Notes: a model not told the origin generated them from the sequence alone. Counted from the first letter of the stretch, positions 20,196-30,996 are shown. The stretch: 33,391 nucleotides of DNA from an uncultured delta proteobacterium (GCA_963840855.1 CAWJBB010000077.1:1-33391); one strand, 5' to 3'. A program made the numbers and translations.

Positions 20196-21127
20196 TGAGA
20201 ACGGCGATGGTTATGAATGTCGAAGAAACCGCTGCATCATCGTTGGAAAGTCCGACGTTACGCGGCGCGTTGCAACAGGGCGCCGCGCGGCTATTTGCGG
20301 CCGGCGTTGACAACGCGGCGCTCGACGCCGAGGTCTTATTGCGTCACGTCCTGGAATTGGCGCAAGGCGCACTTTATCTCCGCCTTAAGAATCGGCTAAG
20401 CTCAGGTGACCAAGAACAATTTCAGAAGTTGCTGGAACGGCGTGCGGCGCGTGAGCCGTTGGCCTATATCACCGGGAACAAAGAATTCTGGTCTCTCGAT
20501 TTCATCGTAACGCCGGCGGTTTTGATTCCGCGACCGGAGACGGAGTTGCTGGTGGAGCTGGCGTTGGATTGCGCGCGCGAGCTGCCCAGCCGTCAGCGGA
20601 TCAAGATCCTCGATGTCGGCACCGGCAGCGGCGCCATCGCCGTGAGTCTGGCCAAGCACCTGCCGGAGTCGGAAGTCTGGGCCGTGGATATTTCCGCCGC
20701 GTCGCTGCGCGTCGCCGAGGCAAACGCCAAACGGCATAACGTAGCGGAGCGCATACGCTTTCTGCAAGGCGATCTGCTCGACGCCCTGGACCAGGTAGGG
20801 GCGACGTTCGATTTGATACTCTCCAATCCTCCCTACGTTCGCAGCGCGGAACTGGACAGGCTTGCGCCGGAGATTCGCAATTGGGAGCCGCGCACGGCGC
20901 TGGACGGCGGAGCCGATGGACTTGATTACTCTCGCAGACTGATTGGCGCTGCGCCGAGCCATTTCAACGAGGGTGGGCGAATGCTTCTCGAAATCGGCAG
21001 CGACGCGGCGCAAGCCGTAGTTGATCTTTTTGCACGCGCCGGTTGCTACGAGCCCGCGAGGGTCCATCGAGATTACGCGGGCCGGGACCGTGCCGTGGCT
21101 GCGGTGAAAGGGGCGCGCCGTGGATAA
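20195..21127 (+). CDS. prmC: Release factor glutamine methyltransferase
   Basis: [20 protein letters not shown]; follows prfA. Confidence 0.96.
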   Translation: MRTAMVMNVEETAASSLESPTLRGALQQGAARLFAAGVDNAALDAEVLLRHVLELAQGALYLRLKNRLSSGDQEQFQKLLERRAAREPLAYITGNKEFWSLDFIVTPAVLIPRPETELLVELALDCARELPSRQRIKILDVGTGSGAIAVSLAKHLPESEVWAVDISAASLRVAEANAKRHNVAERIRFLQGDLLDALDQVGATFDLILSNPPYVRSAELDRLAPEIRNWEPRTALDGGADGLDYSRRLIGAAPSHFNEGGRMLLEIGSDAAQAVVDLFARAGCYEPARVHRDYAGRDRAVAAVKGARRG

Positions 21128-22388
21128 AATCGTCATCGAAGGCGGCCGCCGGCTGGAAGGTGAAGTGGCGGTGAGCGGGTCAAAAAACGCCGCGCTGCCG
21201 ATCTTGATCTCGTCCTTATTGACTTCCGAGCGGTGCGTTTATCAAGGAGTTCCCCATCTCGCCGATAGCCGCACGACGCTGCGGCTTCTCGCTGGCCTGG
21301 GCGTCGCGGTGGACAGAGAGAAGTGGAACCGCGGCGCCGGGGACATCACGATTGCGACGGGCAATGTAACGAGCGTCGAGGCGCCCTATGAACTGGTGAA
21401 AACCATGCGCGCGTCGTTCTTGGTCCTTGGACCCCTGGTGGCGCGTTTCGGCCAAGCGCGGGTTTCTACTCCCGGCGGCTGCGCCATCGGCGCGCGGCCG
21501 GTCAATCTTCACCTCAAGGGTTTGGAGGCAATGGGCGCGAAGATTGAGCAATCGCACGGTTACGTCGAAGCCAAAGCAGCGCGGCTTTGCGGCGCAAAAA
21601 TTTATCTCGATCTACCATCCGTGGGCGCCACTGAAAATCTCATGATGGCCGCGGCGTTGGCGGATGGAACGACGATTATTGAGAATGCCGCCAAGGAGCC
21701 GGAAATCGATGATCTCGCCAACGCCCTCAACAAAATGGGCGCTAAAATCGCAGGCGCCGGCACGGACATTCTGCGCGTCGACGGCGTTAAAGAATTGCAC
21801 GGTCTAACCCACCGCGTCATCCCGGATCGCATCGAGACCGCGAGCTTCGTCATCGCGGGCGCGCTGATGGGCGGTGAAGTGCGCGTTACGGGCGCGCGCC
21901 CGGACCATCTCGATGCTTTCTTTATCAAACTGAAGGAGACCGGCGTGGACCTTACAACCGGCGCGGACAGCATCACCGTCAGGGGCGGGAGCAAAGTCAA
22001 GAGCGTCGATGTTACGACGTTGCCGTATCCCGGTTTTCCCACCGACTTGCAGGCGCAGATGATGGTCCTCATGTCGTTGGCCGACGGGGTCAGCGTGATC
22101 ACTGAAACAATCTTCGAGAATCGCTTTATGCATGCCCAGGAACTCGACCGCATGGGCGCCGATATTCGCCTCGAAGGCAACCGCGCGATCGTGCGCGGCG
22201 TGCAGGAGTTATCCGGGGCGCCGGTGATGGCGAGCGATCTACGCGCCAGTGTGGCGCTCGTGCTAGCAGGTTTGGTGGCCAATGGCAAAACCGAAGTTTC
22301 GCGTGTCTACCATCTGGACCGGGGCTATGAGCAAGTTGAGAAAAAGCTCTCGAAATTGGGCGCGCTTATCGAGCGGGTGAAAGAGTAG
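21120..22388 (+). CDS. murA: UDP-N-acetylglucosamine 1-carboxyvinyltransferase
   Basis: [18 protein letters not shown] (active-site Cys), [19 protein letters not shown]. Confidence 0.98.
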   Translation: MDKIVIEGGRRLEGEVAVSGSKNAALPILISSLLTSERCVYQGVPHLADSRTTLRLLAGLGVAVDREKWNRGAGDITIATGNVTSVEAPYELVKTMRASFLVLGPLVARFGQARVSTPGGCAIGARPVNLHLKGLEAMGAKIEQSHGYVEAKAARLCGAKIYLDLPSVGATENLMMAAALADGTTIIENAAKEPEIDDLANALNKMGAKIAGAGTDILRVDGVKELHGLTHRVIPDRIETASFVIAGALMGGEVRVTGARPDHLDAFFIKLKETGVDLTTGADSITVRGGSKVKSVDVTTLPYPGFPTDLQAQMMVLMSLADGVSVITETIFENRFMHAQELDRMGADIRLEGNRAIVRGVQELSGAPVMASDLRASVALVLAGLVANGKTEVSRVYHLDRGYEQVEKKLSKLGALIERVKE

Positions 22389-22397
22389 GAACGCCCG

Positions 22398-22427
22398 GTT
22401 CAAGGTTCAATGTTCAAGGTTCAAAGT
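22398..22427 (+). repeat. Heptamer tandem repeat (GTTCAAN x4)
   Basis: gttcaag gttcaat gttcaag gttcaaa. Confidence 0.85.
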
Positions 22428-22487
22428 ACGATTCGAAAATCTAGATCCTGTACTGCGGCGTCGAAGATTTAGAAGGGCTAACAAAAG

Positions 22488-23783
22488 TTGAAGATCAGAG
22501 TCGTCAAGACCGCCGAGCCGGGTTTCAAGGCCCTGATGGCGCGCATCATGCGGCGCAGAGGCAACCGGCGAGGCGAGATCGAAAAGCGCGTGGAGGAGAT
22601 CGTCAGCGCGGTCAGGCGCCAGGGCGACCGGGCGTTGCTGCGTTACACCCGGTTGTTCGACAAAGTGCGCTTGAGCGCCGGATCGCTGGAGGTGACCCGC
22701 GCGGAAATCGCTGGCGCCGTAGCGCGGGTGCCGAAGAAGGATATCGACACGCTGCGGCTTGCCGCCAGGAGGATTGCCGCCTTTCACCGCCGCCAACTGC
22801 AGAAAAGCTGGCAGTATCGCGATCCGCTGGGAATGCTCTTGGGACAGCGGATTTCTCCGTTGGAAAGAGTCGGTGTTTATGTGCCGGGGGGTAAAGCTTC
22901 TTATCCTTCGACGGTGTTGATGAACGCGATTCCGGCGAAGGTGGCCGGCGTCAAAGATATCATCGTGACCTCGCCCATCGGCAACGACGGTGACATCATT
23001 CTCGCGGCGGCGCATATTGCCGGGGTCAATAGAATTTTTCGCGTTGGCGGCGCCCAGGCGGTGGCGGCATTAGCCTTCGGCACTCGCACCATTCCGAAAG
23101 TCGATAAGATCGTCGGGCCGGGAAACATATTTGTCGCCACGGCAAAACGCATGGTCTTCGGCGAAGTCAATATTGATTCCATCGCGGGGCCGAGCGAAAT
23201 CTTGCTTGTGGCCGACGCTTCCGCCGATCCGGTTTATGTTGCCGCGGATATGCTTTCGCAGGCTGAGCACGACGAGCTGGCGTCGGCGTTGTGCGTTACG
23301 CCGTCCATGAAGGTGGCATTGAGAATTCAAAATGCCGTCGAGGAACAGTTGCGTGGAACAAAGCGCCGGGCCATTACCCTCGAGTCGTTGAGACGGTACG
23401 GTGCGATCATCGTGACGCGCGGCATGGACGAATGCGCCGAGATCGCCAATTTGATTGCGCCTGAGCATATCGAGTTAATCGTCCGCCGGCCGCAAAGGCT
23501 GGCGCGTTCGATTCGCAACGCCGGGGCGATTTTTTTGGGGCCGTATTCCGCGCCGCCGCTGGGCGATTACTTGGCGGGGCCGAACCATGTTCTGCCTACC
23601 AGCGGGAGCGCGCGGTTTTTCTCCCCTCTGGGGACCTATGACTTTCTGAAACGGACGACTATTATCCAAGCGGAGAAGCGCGCATTGCGCGCGTTGGCGC
23701 CGCGCATCACGCATCTCGCGCGGCTCGAGGGGCTGGACGACCATGCGCGCTCGGTGGAGGTCCGCTTTGGTAGGAGTTTCTAG
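22488..23783 (+). CDS. hisD: Histidinol dehydrogenase
   Basis: VGVYVPGG, VGPGNIFV, AGPSE, SQAEHD, APEH. Confidence 0.97.
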   Translation: MKIRVVKTAEPGFKALMARIMRRRGNRRGEIEKRVEEIVSAVRRQGDRALLRYTRLFDKVRLSAGSLEVTRAEIAGAVARVPKKDIDTLRLAARRIAAFHRRQLQKSWQYRDPLGMLLGQRISPLERVGVYVPGGKASYPSTVLMNAIPAKVAGVKDIIVTSPIGNDGDIILAAAHIAGVNRIFRVGGAQAVAALAFGTRTIPKVDKIVGPGNIFVATAKRMVFGEVNIDSIAGPSEILLVADASADPVYVAADMLSQAEHDELASALCVTPSMKVALRIQNAVEEQLRGTKRRAITLESLRRYGAIIVTRGMDECAEIANLIAPEHIELIVRRPQRLARSIRNAGAIFLGPYSAPPLGDYLAGPNHVLPTSGSARFFSPLGTYDFLKRTTIIQAEKRALRALAPRITHLARLEGLDDHARSVEVRFGRSF

Positions 23784-23844
23784 TGAAGGGCAATATTCCA
23801 GGATAGATCCGTGACGTCGACATCGATCCACGGGGGAGAAAATC

Positions 23845-24432
23845 ATGGGACGGACAGCTAAGGTCAGCCGTAAAACCAAAGAAACGGATATCACGGTTAA
23901 CGTGGATCTCGATGGCAGCGGGAAAGCCGAGATCGAGACCGGCATGCCGTTCTATAATCACATGCTCGACGCCTTCACGCGCCACGGGTTGTTCGACATA
24001 AACGTGCGGGCGAAGGGGGACATCGAGGTGGACTATCATCACACCGTGGAAGATGTCGGCCTCGCCTTGGGCCAGGCGTTCAAGGATGCTTTGGGCGATA
24101 AGCAGGGCATCCGCCGCTTCGGCGAGGCCAGCTGCCCGCTCGACGAGACGCTTGCCAGAGTCGTCGTCGATCTGAGCGGACGGCCTTATCTGTCTTACAA
24201 CGTCAAAATACGCCCGGGTCGCGTCGGCAATTTCGACACCGACTTGCCGCACGAGTTTTACGCTGCGTTCACCAACCAGTTGGGCATGAATCTGCATATT
24301 GACGTAGTGCGCGGCGAAAACCCGCACCATATCATCGAAGCCTGCTTCAAGGCGTTCGCGCGCGCCATGGATTTAGCCACGCAAGTCGATCCAAGAGTGC
24401 AGGGCGTGCCTTCGACGAAGGGAAGTCTCTAA
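23845..24432 (+). CDS. hisB: Imidazoleglycerol-phosphate dehydratase
   Basis: [24 protein letters not shown]. Confidence 0.98.
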   Translation: MGRTAKVSRKTKETDITVNVDLDGSGKAEIETGMPFYNHMLDAFTRHGLFDINVRAKGDIEVDYHHTVEDVGLALGQAFKDALGDKQGIRRFGEASCPLDETLARVVVDLSGRPYLSYNVKIRPGRVGNFDTDLPHEFYAAFTNQLGMNLHIDVVRGENPHHIIEACFKAFARAMDLATQVDPRVQGVPSTKGSL

Positions 24433-24437
24433 CAGGT

Positions 24438-24480
24438 CGTTCAATACGTTCAAAACGTGCAAGCAGTTCAAATCGTCCAG
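24438..24480 (+). repeat. Degenerate nonamer tandem repeat (CGTTCAANN)
   Basis: cgttcaata cgttcaaaa cgtgcaagc agttcaaat cgtccag. Confidence 0.75.
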
Positions 24481-24482
24481 AT

Positions 24483-25100
24483 ATGATAGCGATTATTGAC
24501 TATGGTATGGGCAATCTGCGCAGCGTGCAGAAAGGCTTTGAGCGCGTCGGTTTTGAGGCCGTCGTCACGCGCGATGCCGGAGAGATTCAATCCGCACGCG
24601 GCGTGGTGCTGCCGGGGGTGGGCGCGTTCAGTGCCTGTATGGAGAATCTTGAGCGATTCGGGCTCGTCGCGCCGATTCGCGAAATCGTCAGGGAAGAAAA
24701 ACCGTTTCTCGGCATTTGCCTGGGATTTCAACTGCTCTTCTCAGAAAGCGAGGAGTTCGGCAACAAGAAAGGTCTCGATCTGTTTCGGGGAAAGGTCGTC
24801 GGTTTCCAGCCCGCCGAAAATTTGAAAGTGCCGCATATGGGTTGGAACCAGATCGAAAAGACCAAGGACTCGCCGTTTTTAGATGGACTTTCCAGCGGCG
24901 ATTTCGTCTATTTCGTTCATTCGTTTTATGTGGTTCCCGACGATAGCTCGCTGATCGCGACAACGACGGATTATGGTAACTCGTTCGTCTCCAGCATCGC
25001 CACGGATCATCTGTTCGCGTGCCAGTTCCACCCCGAGAAAAGCCAGGAGCTCGGATTGCGCATCCTGGCTAACTTCGGGCGCTTCGTCGCGGCGAACTAA
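24483..25100 (+). CDS. hisH: Imidazole glycerol phosphate synthase subunit HisH
   Basis: DYGMGNLRSV, LPGVGAF, GICLG, QFHPEKS. Confidence 0.98.
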   Translation: MIAIIDYGMGNLRSVQKGFERVGFEAVVTRDAGEIQSARGVVLPGVGAFSACMENLERFGLVAPIREIVREEKPFLGICLGFQLLFSESEEFGNKKGLDLFRGKVVGFQPAENLKVPHMGWNQIEKTKDSPFLDGLSSGDFVYFVHSFYVVPDDSSLIATTTDYGNSFVSSIATDHLFACQFHPEKSQELGLRILANFGRFVAAN

Positions 25101-25104
25101 CATC

Positions 25105-25836
25105 ATGCTCATTATCCCCGCCATTGATATCAAGGACGGTCGCTGCGTGCGCCTGTTTCAAGGCGAAATGGACAAGGAAACGGTCTATTTCGAGAGGCCA
25201 ATTGACGCCGCGCGACATTGGGTGAAAGAGGGCGCGACGTTCGTTCACGTCGTCGATCTGAACGGCGCCGTCGAAGGCCGCCCGGTGCACATAAAAGACG
25301 TACAAGCGATATGCCGGGAAACCAGTCTGGCGGTGGAACTCGGCGGCGGATTACGCTCCGTCGAAGCCGTTCAGGCTGCGCTCGATCTGGGCGTGGCGCG
25401 CGTTGTTATCGGGACAGCGGCATACGACAACGCCGAACTCCTGCGCACGCTGTGCGAAAGATTTCCCGGCAAGATCGTCGTCGGCATCGACGCCCGAAGC
25501 GGCAAAGTAGCAGTCAAAGGCTGGAAAGAAACGACGTCGATGAGCGCGGTAGAATTGGCGCAGCGCTGCGAAGCCGACGGCGCATCACGGATTATCTACA
25601 CCGATATTAGCCGCGATGGCACGCGGGAAGGCGTAAACCTCGACGAAACCCGCAAACTGGCACAGTCAGTCAATCTTCCGGTGATCGCCTCCGGCGGCGT
25701 GGCGACGCTGGACGATATTCGCAAGCTTCTGCCGCTAGAAAAAGAAGGCGTGGAGGGGGTGATTGTGGGCAGAGCGTTGTATAGCGGAGCATTCACTGTC
25801 AGGCAAGGACAATCGGAAGCGAAAAAGTTCCTCTAA
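25105..25836 (+). CDS. hisA: ProFAR isomerase
   Basis: IIPAIDIKDGRCVRL, HVVDLNGA, TDISRDG, ASGGV. Confidence 0.97.
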   Translation: MLIIPAIDIKDGRCVRLFQGEMDKETVYFERPIDAARHWVKEGATFVHVVDLNGAVEGRPVHIKDVQAICRETSLAVELGGGLRSVEAVQAALDLGVARVVIGTAAYDNAELLRTLCERFPGKIVVGIDARSGKVAVKGWKETTSMSAVELAQRCEADGASRIIYTDISRDGTREGVNLDETRKLAQSVNLPVIASGGVATLDDIRKLLPLEKEGVEGVIVGRALYSGAFTVRQGQSEAKKFL

Positions 25837-25886
25837 TTTATCTACCACTTGAGCGGATTCAAGTCCTTGATTAGTATATTGAAGCC

Positions 25887-26321
25887 TTAGGACGGTTGGA
25901 GAACTCTCAAGGCGAACTCTTTGTGCCTTTGAATGAGCCGGAAGTCATCCTTGTTGTAGGTAAAGAGTGTGGCCCCCACCCTACGCGCGCAGAGGGCAAT
26001 CAGAATGTCGTTTAGCAATCGCGGTAGCTTCGATCGCCAACGCTGGTCTTTTTCACTGATGGACGCTACGATCGTGGAAGCTTCAATCCAGTCACCGAAT
26101 GTCGGCGTTACAAGGCGCCCGGTCCGTTCCAAAGGACGAATGAACTCATGAAGCAAATTTTGCGTTAGGGCGTCCCTAGCGTTTACCTGGAGTTCGTAGG
26201 CGACGACCGCGGAGAGATGGGTGACAGGCAAGAGGGGAAAATAGGTTTGACGGAACAGCGTTCTTTTTGCCTGGGAACGAAAAGCGTCAATGTAGACGTT
26301 CGTATCGAGTAGATATTTCAC
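25887..26321 (-). CDS. vapC: PIN-domain toxin, type II toxin-antitoxin system
   Basis: YLLDTNV, YEL, NDILIAL, TYNKDDF acidic PIN residues. Confidence 0.9.
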   Translation of the reverse strand: MKYLLDTNVYIDAFRSQAKRTLFRQTYFPLLPVTHLSAVVAYELQVNARDALTQNLLHEFIRPLERTGRLVTPTFGDWIEASTIVASISEKDQRWRSKLPRLLNDILIALCARRVGATLFTYNKDDFRLIQRHKEFALRVLQPS

Positions 26322-26512
26322 CGGTAGATAGTCCGGAACCGACCCTTTTTCAATAACGAGTCTAAGGACTCTTCAATTTCCTTGTCGTCCAGAGTCTTTT
26401 GCAGCGCCCTTTGTATGGCTTCTGTATCCGTCTTGACGTTAAACAACTGCCGCACCTTGCCAATCATCTCCTCGTCGAGGTTGTAAGTCTTTTTTCTAAC
26501 CGTAGCCTTCAT
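26318..26512 (-). CDS. vapB: VapB-like RHH antitoxin
   Basis: TYNLDEEMI...KTDTEAIQRAL; 4-bp overlap with the PIN gene. Confidence 0.8.
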   Translation of the reverse strand: MKATVRKKTYNLDEEMIGKVRQLFNVKTDTEAIQRALQKTLDDKEIEESLDSLLKKGRFRTIYR

Positions 26513-26583
26513 GTTGTCCCTCCCTTGAGTACGATACAGACAAACTATCAGGATCATCCATACGAGTCAAATTAGCCGTTGGG

Positions 26584-27165
26584 TTAATGCGGCCGTTCCC
26601 CGATCCGCCATAAATAGATCACATGCTGGTGCTTGTAGCCGCCGGGTTTGAGTTCAGGTTCCGGCAACTTTTCGGTTCTGTCTGGCTCCCAGCCTTCGAT
26701 GCCGAAGTCGTGGGCGACGATGCGGGCGCCGGGTTTTAGGTATTTCTTAAAGCTTGGTTTCATCGCTTCATTGAACCACGGGAGCATGTAGAGGGTTACG
26801 ACAGTCGCTTTCGAAAGATCGGCCTTGAGAGCGTCCTCGGAGCGGAATTCCACCAGGTGGCTGACTCCGGCCGCCTTGGCGTCCTTTTTCGCTTTGTCCA
26901 GGAGCCAGTTATCCATCTCAATTCCGACAGCGCGGACGCCGTATTTTTTCGCGGCGCGGATGACGATGCGCCCGTCGCCGCTGCCCAGGTCGTAGACAAC
27001 ATCGCCTTTTTTGACCTCGGCGAGTTCCAGCATGCGGTCGACGACTTCGATGGGAGTGGGGACGAACGGAATCTCCTCCTGGAACTCGGCGGCTACTGCG
27101 CTGGCAACGGCAATCAGAAAGCAGTTCGAAATGAGAAAGAAAAGCAATCGTTTCACAGGCGTCAT
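26584..27165 (-). CDS. Class I SAM-dependent methyltransferase with N-terminal signal-like segment
   Basis: PFVPTP, VYDLGSGDGRIV, VTLYML, GARIVAHDF. Confidence 0.9.
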   Translation of the reverse strand: MTPVKRLLFFLISNCFLIAVASAVAAEFQEEIPFVPTPIEVVDRMLELAEVKKGDVVYDLGSGDGRIVIRAAKKYGVRAVGIEMDNWLLDKAKKDAKAAGVSHLVEFRSEDALKADLSKATVVTLYMLPWFNEAMKPSFKKYLKPGARIVAHDFGIEGWEPDRTEKLPEPELKPGGYKHQHVIYLWRIGERPH

Positions 27166-27296
27166 TCATAGCATGGCTGCAGGCGAGCAGGAAACGGTGT
27201 CGCGGGCTCGCCGTGAGAAAGGCTGCCGGGAGGTCGCACGTTGTGGTTTTGGGCCAAGGCGGTTATATAAAAAGGATAAGGAAAGAAACACACATA

Positions 27297-28607
27297 ATGG
27301 ATATGCAGAGACGCCCCCCGATTTCGCTGCCCTTTTACTATGGTTGGTTCGTCGTCGGCCTGTGCTTTTTGACCACGATTACCAGCGCCGGTGTGCGCTC
27401 GTCGCCGCAAGTCTTAATTCTTCCGCTTCAGGAGGAGTTCGGTTGGAGCCGCGCGCTGATCGCAATGGCCATCAGCATGAATCTCTTGCTCTTCGGCGTG
27501 GCCGCGCCGATTAGCGGCTATTTGATCGACCGGTACGGGCCGCGAAAAATCATGCTGGCAAGCCTGTCGCTGTTGATCGTCGGTGTCAGCGGCACCATTG
27601 CCATGGATCAGTTCTGGCAGTTCTTTCTGGTCTGGGGAGTCATCGTTGGAGTCGGCGCCGGCGGGGTTGGCTCTGTTCTCACCGCAACAGTGGGAAACCG
27701 CTGGTTCGTCGCACGGCGCGGTCTGGCATTGGGCGTGCTCGGCAGCGCAAGCTCGACGGGCCAGCTTATTTTTCTGCCGTTTTTCATGGCGATGATCGCC
27801 TATTCCGGTTGGCGCATCGGCTCCATGACGCTCATTGTAATAGCTATCCTATTATTACCGCTGATTTTCTTTTTCATGCGCGATGATCCGGCGGATGTCG
27901 GATTGGAGCCTTACGGCTCCGGGCAGGCGGGCGCCGCAAAATCCGGAAGCGCCGCTTCATTGCGTGGCATGTCCGCGAAAAACGCTACAATCACGGCGCG
28001 AGAAGTCGTAGGCAGCCCAACCTTTTGGTTGCTCTGCGGCAGCTTTTTCGTCTGTGGCGGTACGGCCAATGGTTTGATCGGCACGCACCTCATCCCGCAC
28101 GAGATTGAGATTGGCATTCCCCAAGTCGCCGCCGCCTCTCTGGTGGGCATCATGGGCGCGCTCAACATCGTTGGCACGACATTCTCGGGCTGGATGATCG
28201 ACCGGGTTCAGCCCCATAAGTGGCTGGCCCTCGTTTATGCCTTGCGCGGGGCATCGCTGTTGCTACTGCCGTTTGTCCGTGATTTCTACGGCCTGGTGGT
28301 TTTTGCCGTTATTTACGGCTTGGATTGGTTTGCCACGGTTCCGCCGTCGATGGTAATTACTGCGGATACCTTTGGCAGGCAGAATGTCGGCAAGGTTTAT
28401 GGTTGGATTTTTATGTCGCACCAAATCGGCGCGGCGATCATGGCTTCGGCCGCGGGCGCGATTCGCGACTATGTCGGCGACTACAATTTCGCCTTTCTCT
28501 CAGCCGGCGTGATCGCGATGATCGCAGCTGGCTTGGCGCTCCAGATCAAGCCGAATCCTAAGAGAGAGGCGCCGCCACCTGTAAGCGCGCAGCCGGCGGG
28601 GGCATGA
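27297..28607 (+). CDS. MFS transporter
   Basis: FYYGW, GYLIDRYGPR, multiple transmembrane segments. Confidence 0.9.
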   Translation: MDMQRRPPISLPFYYGWFVVGLCFLTTITSAGVRSSPQVLILPLQEEFGWSRALIAMAISMNLLLFGVAAPISGYLIDRYGPRKIMLASLSLLIVGVSGTIAMDQFWQFFLVWGVIVGVGAGGVGSVLTATVGNRWFVARRGLALGVLGSASSTGQLIFLPFFMAMIAYSGWRIGSMTLIVIAILLLPLIFFFMRDDPADVGLEPYGSGQAGAAKSGSAASLRGMSAKNATITAREVVGSPTFWLLCGSFFVCGGTANGLIGTHLIPHEIEIGIPQVAAASLVGIMGALNIVGTTFSGWMIDRVQPHKWLALVYALRGASLLLLPFVRDFYGLVVFAVIYGLDWFATVPPSMVITADTFGRQNVGKVYGWIFMSHQIGAAIMASAAGAIRDYVGDYNFAFLSAGVIAMIAAGLALQIKPNPKREAPPPVSAQPAGA

Positions 28608-28612
28608 TACAA

Positions 28613-28684
28613 GTTTCTGGTTCATGGTTTCTAGTTTTTAGTTCGTCAGAAACAACGTGAACCGAGTAACTAGAAACCAGGACT
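28613..28684. repeat. Inverted heptamer repeats between convergent genes, possible bidirectional terminator
   Basis: gtttctg gttcatg gtttcta gttttta facing aactagaaaccag. Confidence 0.6.
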
Positions 28685-28689
28685 ATTCT

Positions 28690-29100
28690 TTACTCGGACT
28701 CGGTGAAATTCGACACCCGCCAATCGTTTCCTTCCTTGCGCGCTGTGATGAGCCATTTGCGGGTGAACGCAGTGCCGTCATCCGAAGTAATTGTTCCCTC
28801 ATAGAGAAACGATGCCCGTCTGTCTCCCTCTCTTTTTTCCAACAGTTTATAGTTGATTCTCGGCTTTTGTGTCGATGCGTCAATCTTCTGGCCGGCGGTC
28901 AGGCGGATCTCTTCGTTCACTTTCGCCAGAGCGACACTCACGGCGTAAACCTTTGCTTTGGCCAGATCGAAATGCACGAAGCGCTGGTCGACGAACTCTT
29001 CGACGACGCCCTGCGCCGTGCTGAGATCGTTGCCGCAGGCGCCGAGCAAGACGGCGAAAACGACCCAGAAACAGCTACCGATGGAAAGTCTATTCTTCAT
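28690..29100 (-). CDS. Hypothetical lipoprotein
   Basis: MKNR...AVLLGAC lipobox; follows the hydrolase gene closely. Confidence 0.7.
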   Translation of the reverse strand: MKNRLSIGSCFWVVFAVLLGACGNDLSTAQGVVEEFVDQRFVHFDLAKAKVYAVSVALAKVNEEIRLTAGQKIDASTQKPRINYKLLEKREGDRRASFLYEGTITSDDGTAFTRKWLITARKEGNDWRVSNFTESE

Positions 29101-29110
29101 CGTGCGCTTC

Positions 29111-29866
29111 CTACCGAACATGCTCCATGAGCCAATCGAGGGCTTCGCTGACGGTGCGCCGCATCATTTCCGGATTGGATAGTCGATGATCGGCGCCTTG
29201 CAAAATAGACAGCCGCTTCGGGCTCGTGAGACATTCATGCAACTCGTAGGCTTCCTCCACCGGCACGACATCATCGGCGTCGCCATGCAGGATCAGCACG
29301 GGGCAAGTGACTTTGCGCGCGCACACGCAGACATCGATGGTTTCTAGGTCCTGAAGCAGCGTAACATTTAACCGTTGGTCGTTGTAGAGAGTGAAGCCGC
29401 GCTCACGCCAGTCCCGAAGCTGGGCGGGGGTGAGAATTCTATCAGGAAATTTTTCGGGATGAAGCGGAGCCGAGATGGTGACGAGCGCCGCGGCGGCGGG
29501 CTCCCGCGCCGCGAACATCAGCGCCACCGTGCCGCCCATGCTCGAGCCCAGGATTGCCGTTTTGCCGGCGTGGCGGCTCCGCAGGAGGGCGTAAGCGGCC
29601 TTTAAGTCTTCGACTTCGCCGCTATAGGTAATGTCCTCGAATTTTCCGCTGGATTCCCCCACATAGGAAAAATCGAAACGCAGCGCGAGGACGCCCCGCC
29701 GGGCGAGCTCGCGACTCAAAAAAACCAGCTTTTGACTATTCTTGTCCGACTCCATGCCGTGACAAAGAATAACGGCGCCGCGGGCGGAGTGCTTCTCCGC
29801 ATGATGCAGCACGCCGCTCAGTGTGTCACCGCGGGAGTTGATAAAGGAGATTTTCTCTTCGCGCAT
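29111..29866 (-). CDS. Alpha/beta fold hydrolase
   Basis: ILCHG, GSSMGG nucleophile elbow, ILHGDADDVV, GADH. Confidence 0.9.
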   Translation of the reverse strand: MREEKISFINSRGDTLSGVLHHAEKHSARGAVILCHGMESDKNSQKLVFLSRELARRGVLALRFDFSYVGESSGKFEDITYSGEVEDLKAAYALLRSRHAGKTAILGSSMGGTVALMFAAREPAAAALVTISAPLHPEKFPDRILTPAQLRDWRERGFTLYNDQRLNVTLLQDLETIDVCVCARKVTCPVLILHGDADDVVPVEEAYELHECLTSPKRLSILQGADHRLSNPEMMRRTVSEALDWLMEHVR

Positions 29867-30081
29867 GAATCCGGACTTTTCGTTTTGGCAATACGCATCG
29901 AAATAACATAATCGTGAAGCGGCTGAAAGCAAGGTGTGACTCGGCCAGTATGACGCGGCTCGTCCGGCGTTATCGTGCGCTGTCGATGAGATAAATCCTG
30001 ATTGAAATCATACATTTGGATTTTCAAGTCATAGTTTCAAAGATCGCGACGCTGTGTTAAAATTTCTTTCGTTAAACGCAC

Positions 30082-30996
30082 TTGGCCGTGGACGATCTCA
30101 TTCAAGCATACGCCGATCATTTGCGCGGGGAGCGTCATGTCTCGCCGCACACGCTGAGGAACTATGTCAGCGACCTAGCGCAGTTCCACCAGTTTCTCGC
30201 CCGGCGCAAGCTCTGTCTCGATGATGGCGACGCCGTTGATGCAAGAAAGGTCGACATCCACGTCGTGCGGGCTTATCTCGCTTCGCTCACGAAGGCCCTC
30301 AAGAAAAGCTCCGTCGGACGAAAGCTCGCCGCGCTCAAAGGCTTCTTTCGTTACCTGGTCGCGGTTCGCCGGCTCGAAAAAGACCCTTTGCTGTTGATTC
30401 AAACGCCGAAGCAGGAAAAACCGCTGCCCGGTTTTCTCTCGGTGGATGACGTTTTCCAATTATTGACGGGCATCAAAGTGAAAAACTCGCTGGACATCCG
30501 CGACCGGGCGATGCTGGAATTTTTTTATTCCACGGGAGTGCGCGTAAGCGAGCTGGTGGGCCTTAACTGGGCGGCCATCGATTTTCAACTCGAAATTGTC
30601 CGCGTCGTCGGCAAAGGCTCGAAGGAACGCATCGTGCCTTTTGGCAGAGTGGCGAAAGAGGCGTTGGGGGAATATGCTTCGGAGCAGCGGAAGAGGTGGA
30701 ATTATGCGTGCAAAGGCGAGGCGCCGGTGTTTTTGAATAACCGGGGCAGCCGTATTACCACCCGGAGCGTGGCGCGCATCGTCGAGAAGCATTTGCGGCA
30801 CGCCGGGATCGCGGTAAAGATGGGTCCCCACGGCTTGCGCCACACTTTTGCGACTCATCTCCTTAACAGCGGCGCGGATCTCAGGGTGATTCAAGAGATG
30901 CTCGGCCACGCGAGCTTGTCGACGACGCAGCGGTACACGCATTTAAATCTGGATCAGTTGACGGCGGTGTATGACAAGGCGCATCCGCGCGCTTAG
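30082..30996 (+). CDS. xerC: Tyrosine recombinase XerC
   Basis: SPHTLRNY, RDRAMLE..YSTGVRVSEL, GKGSKER, HGLRHTFATH, LGHASLSTTQRY; lies before hslVU; start may be GTG 30088. Confidence 0.93.
   Translation: MAVDDLIQAYADHLRGERHVSPHTLRNYVSDLAQFHQFLARRKLCLDDGDAVDARKVDIHVVRAYLASLTKALKKSSVGRKLAALKGFFRYLVAVRRLEKDPLLLIQTPKQEKPLPGFLSVDDVFQLLTGIKVKNSLDIRDRAMLEFFYSTGVRVSELVGLNWAAIDFQLEIVRVVGKGSKERIVPFGRVAKEALGEYASEQRKRWNYACKGEAPVFLNNRGSRITTRSVARIVEKHLRHAGIAVKMGPHGLRHTFATHLLNSGADLRVIQEMLGHASLSTTQRYTHLNLDQLTAVYDKAHPRA

Noticed and set aside
30082-30996. xerC as the island integrase or an integron integrase
   Set aside because: It is in the housekeeping xerC-hslVU context, about 13 kb from the island, with no evident IntI-specific insertion.
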